DNA from: Chrysomallon squamiferum | Taxonomy: Eukaryota > Animalia > Mollusca | Assembly (NCBI GenBank): GCA_012295275.1 | Contig: CM022670.1 | Coordinates: forward strand, 14,508,001-14,572,000 | Direction: 5' to 3' | Length of the DNA: 64,000 nucleotides | In this document: positions 52,683-64,000 of the stretch, piece by piece | Position numbering within the stretch: the first letter of the stretch is position 1 | Layout of the letters: each line of letters begins with the position of its first letter | Program-made: the position numbers and the translations under genes | The notes under the pieces: model-generated | What the model was told of the DNA's origin: nothing | The model's database searches: none | The model's input: the letters and a program-made list of their open reading frames with translations, nothing else

Positions 52683-55600
52683 GTTGTAAAAACTTAGTCA
52701 CTGTCAACTAACAAGTGTTTGTCTCTGCAAACCGGAATTAGTTTAGTATGTTTCAGTGTATCACTATTATTGTCGTTGAAACACACAAGTTGTGTCACGT
52801 GATTAACTAAATACACTGTGGGTTCGACTTGTTTAAGAGACAAAGAACAGAAGAATGAACCAACAATTGAGCGTGTGCATTCCTGCCACTGTCATACGAA
52901 TTATTTGTTTATTTATTTATATTGGGATATGTAATGATAGGAACCAGTACATACATCCATTTCTGCATGCGTACATACATAAGTATTTTGTTTGTATATT
53001 TAAAACCATCTTGTTAAGCAGAACTGTGAATAAGATGACACAAAAATGAATTGATATATCTTTACATTTAGTTGGAAATTTATTTATTTCAAAACATAAT
53101 TTCTTTCAAAACATGTTTTTATCCCTCATAATTATTCGTAATCATAATCATCTCATCGCCATCATGCAGCAGGCATTTTAATCATTGTTAACTTCCTAAC
53201 CACTAATTAAATAAACTCGTTGCGATTAAGCAAATTCACAAAATTAATGAAACGACAGCCGTAACTGCATGAACTACTCGTTGTTTAGATTACAGCGAAA
53301 CCATCTACGTTCAGTTACTCAACCCGGAAGAGTCTGCATTCAGTAAAACGGATTTAATATGTGAATGTTAGCTATCGAGCATACAGTATTGTGAGTTTGT
53401 GAATAACATGAGAGTTTTATAGAATTTTTATTTTGTTTTGCTTAAAGTTGCACAACAATTGAGGGGAGGATTTTACTTTAGGTAGAGGTGCTTTTAAGAA
53501 ACAAACAGCACATAAATATTTACAACTTGAAATTGTAAGTTTCACAGGATACCAGAGAGTGATAATTATTTGCTACAGAGAGTCTGCTGGAGTTATAATT
53601 ATTTGCTCGAAGCATTAAGTTATTACTTCTTTAAAATTAAATGAAATTAAAAATACCTGTTTAATATGCCAATACACAGTTAAAAATAAATAAATAAATA
53701 AATAAAATACAAGTATGAATGAATGAATAAATAAGTAATAAATGAAAGAAATAAAGAAAACAAAAGGCAAAAGATGCAAACATAAAATCAGTAACTTATC
53801 AGTTATTTAATTTAAAAGAAAAACAATAATAATAATTGTTTCTAAAAAGAAAGAAAACCAAATTCCACTGAAAGCACAGACACGAAAAGAACTAACATAA
53901 TTAAGTATGTGTTTTAAACATGATTAAAAGACAGTAACTCAGTGGTTTTGTCCTAAAACACAACATGTCGCCAGATCAGTCCATCTTAGTTCTCCCGTTA
54001 AGATACTTCCCATTAAAGTCAGTACTTTACATCAATGTAAAAAATCGTGGCATGTGATTTCCTGTTCATACCGAGGGACATTTAAATTTTACCTTGACAA
54101 ACAGGATTCACCTCTCGACATGAACAGGATAAAGCTGATAGCTTTAAGATAATAAATAACCAGTTATATTTTTATTTAACAATCCTAAATAATACAAATT
54201 ACGAAGCAAAAAGTTTGATTTCTCAACTCGCCCCCCCCCTAGACAGTAGTGTTCTCGAGTACTGATTCAGTTGCTGCCTACAAAAACAATACATCAGAAT
54301 AAAGTAGTTCTCAAATAATATCAGCTCTCTAAAATTAATTTTTTAAATAAAACAAATGATTTCTAAATCGTCTTTTGAGATTTAAAGACTAAAAGAACTT
54401 TCTTTCAATGCTTATACACAAAAAAGAAAATAATTAAATTATGTCATTTCGGTCTTGCCTGAAAATCGTAAAGTTTAAATAATACAGCTTATGCGTGTGT
54501 GTGTGTGTGTGCGTGTTTGTGGGTGTGGGTGTTCTGTTACGAGAAATGCGTGAAACTGTGACTGTGTAACAGTAAAAATCAGCTATACATTTTAGCATCA
54601 TGTCAACGACAAAATAAAAAGTAATATATGAAACTAAATGAATAAAAACAATAACACTCAATGGATCAGTGAATGATTAATGATAATCCAGACATTGATT
54701 TTTTTTCTATTCTATTCTGCCTTAAATAAAATAACATAAATGTAAACGGTTGAATTATAAAATTCATCTTGGGATAAAGCACACTAAGGATAAAGATGAT
54801 GATTCATAATAACATCGAGGATAACGATACATTTTATGTTGATAATGAATGAACTGATGATGATGATGATGATGTTGCATTTGTATATCCAAAGGAAGAG
54901 AAGGAAAATAAGAAATACACATACTACAGAATGAAATATTAAATCTTATTTCACATATCAATACCTCCGCAACGTCCGCTGCTGTCGAATGCCCATTACA
55001 TTTTTTAAATGTAGTACGTCCCTGACATGCAAGTCGCAAACAGTAAACTATTTAGATGATATTTACACAAAAAATAAATTCTATATGAGAGAAAAAAACC
55101 TATCTATATTTAACTTGCGCTAGGCGGTTCATAACGGCTTGTTTCACGAACGCGTACGAATGGTTTATCTTTATACAACAGTCTAAGCGAGGTTTCCTTC
55201 CTCGTTCATTGTTGTTAAACAAGGTCAGAGCCATGGCGGAGTCACGGATTCACAAATATTCAAGTTTTCTTAACTGGTAAGAATTCACTTACTGAGAGGT
55301 CATGATGATTACATTGGTGTAGTCGTGCGTAATAGTGTACGTGGAGTTGAGAATTCAAAGGTGGTGTTGTGTGTTACAGACAGATAAGAAGGCAAATGGA
55401 TGTAGATATATACACATACGTACACTCACACGTGTGTGTGTCTCTGTTATATATATATATATATATATATATATGCTAGAGAGGTTATATAAAAATTACT
55501 ATTTCTGAATAAAACAACAACAACTCTAGTAGTATAGTAATAGTAATAGTAGTAGTAGTTGGAACAATAACAACCATTATCACCACCATCACAACTACCA

Positions 55601-55829
55601 TCATCAATACTGCCACTACTACTACTGCTGCTGCTGTTAGTTATTAGTATTGTTATTATTTTTATTATTATTATTTTTTTTATTAGTAGTAGTAGTAATA
55701 GTAGTAGCAGAAGTCGTAGTAGCAGTTGTGTGATGATGATGATGTTATATTTCATAAAAAAATAAAATATATATATTATGCTGTTTTCAATGAAATTGTC
55801 ATTCATTTTCTTTTAACATCAATTTTCAG

Positions 55830-55948
55830 TTAATGTTGCTCTTAATAAGCCAGTCAGCCAGAATTCTTATGAAGACAGATCACTATATGATCCAACTAGA
55901 GCTGTAGATGGTGTAACACACGGAGACAGGCACCAGTGTATTCAAACA
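55830..55948 (+). pseudogene. Truncated F-type lectin first exon of a further plus-strand paralog
   Basis: TTTCAG|VNVALNKPVSQNSYEDRSLYDPTRAVDGVTHGDRHQCIQT, close to 58440-58560, then breaks off. A possible degenerate first exon lies at 55233-55276 (ATG..|GTAAG, wrong phase). Confidence 0.8.
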
Positions 55949-56124
55949 TTAAATATCAGTGTTTATATCGTAAATGCTAATGATGCTGATATTTGCATAA
56001 CAACGAACAATGGTATTACTAAGCTTCTAGCAAATATTTTTAAAATATAAGAAATGGACAAACAACAGTTATACAAAACAGGTTATACACTCATTATATG
56101 ACGGTGAGTTTTATCACATTTAGA

Positions 56125-56162
<38 letters not shown>

Positions 56163-56628
56163 TATGTCTTATTTTACATATTTAATTTCTTAATCAGATA
56201 TAATACACCACACATCTTATTTTACATAGTTAATTATTTCTCCGATAAATCTCACATTTCACATTATAATAGAATCTGTGCTCAGCCGCGTCAAGACTGT
56301 TTCAGTGAATCTACTTCAAAACGATGAACGAAATAAACCTATATTTCATATTCCCCTTGTTTTGTTTTCTTCACACACAGACACACGCACGTACGCACGC
56401 ACACACACATGCACACACTATACAACTCATGCACAGACACTCTATGATTGTGCATAAACACCATACTGTCCTTTTTGTTTTTCTTCATTTAATATATTTG
56501 TTCACTGATGCGTGAGTTTCAAGCGATATTAGAGAACGTATTATGTTACCCTTATACAAACACAAGGATCAGAACGAGGCTTTTTATATTTTCTTCCTGG
56601 TTGACAACATATAGACAATGTCAACACT

Positions 56629-63494
<6,866 letters not shown>

Positions 63495-64000
63495 GTAAGA
63501 ATAGTTTCTGTCCTTCTTCTTTAGCACATAAAAGGTTTTCAAGCTGAACTGAAGTGACACTTTAATGAAGCGACAAACTAATTCAACTCGATTTGTCTAA
63601 TTTGGAATTTTACATAATAATAAAATAATAAACATTCATTTAATCAGTCATTTATTCGCTGAGTCATTCATTATTTCAAAGAATAGAAAAGTTAGGTATA
63701 TAAAAAAAAGATGTTCTATTTGCAGTCAGTAAATTTACGTCGTATTCGTGACTTTGTCTCATAATTTATAGCAGCGTTATAAGGAGAAAGGCCATAACAA
63801 ACTGTAAACATTTTAACTCAATACTTAGAATATCATAGAAACGTTGAAGCCATGCTTTGCCGTCATAGCATTATTAATCTGGACCTCTGTGATGATGACG
63901 ATGATCATCATCGTCATCATCATTATTATCATCATATTTTTCTTATGATCAAAGTCATCATGTGTATTTATAGGGATTATCTTATGTATAAAACAGTATT

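Noticed and set aside
55233-55276. ATG exon as the start of copy 4
   Set aside because: 44 nt, phase 2 and not hydrophobic; the 79-nt phase-1 exon at 56629-56707 matches the paralog signal exons.

Overview
Eukaryotic, very AT-rich, microsatellite-dense genomic DNA with GT-AG introns; it looks invertebrate, probably molluscan or cephalopod (inferred from composition and gene architecture, not proven). Almost all listed ORFs are microsatellite noise. The real content is a cluster of paralogous single-pass receptor genes with the layout signal peptide - F-type lectin (fucolectin) domain - variable number of 8-Cys MEGF10/SREC-type EGF-like exons - TM - ITIM-like juxtamembrane Tyr motif - tandem PTP domains (intact D1, dead D2). 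Four copies were reconstructed by hand. Copy 1 (-, 7630 to beyond the left edge) has lost its lectin exons. Copy 2 (-, 25157-13267) has 5 EGF exons, no phosphatase exons and a disrupted lectin exon. Copy 3 (-, 52682-39119) has the complete 23-exon structure but three 1-bp homopolymer indels. Copy 4 (+, 56629 to beyond the right edge) is open so far and lies head-to-head with copy 3. Between them are many dead EGF/lectin exons, an inverted duplication, MULE and pogo/Tc1 relics, an 82-bp-arm hairpin, an 85-bp splice-acceptor duplication and two exons of an unrelated PPxY-containing gene. Exon boundaries come from manual reading and lack transcript support.
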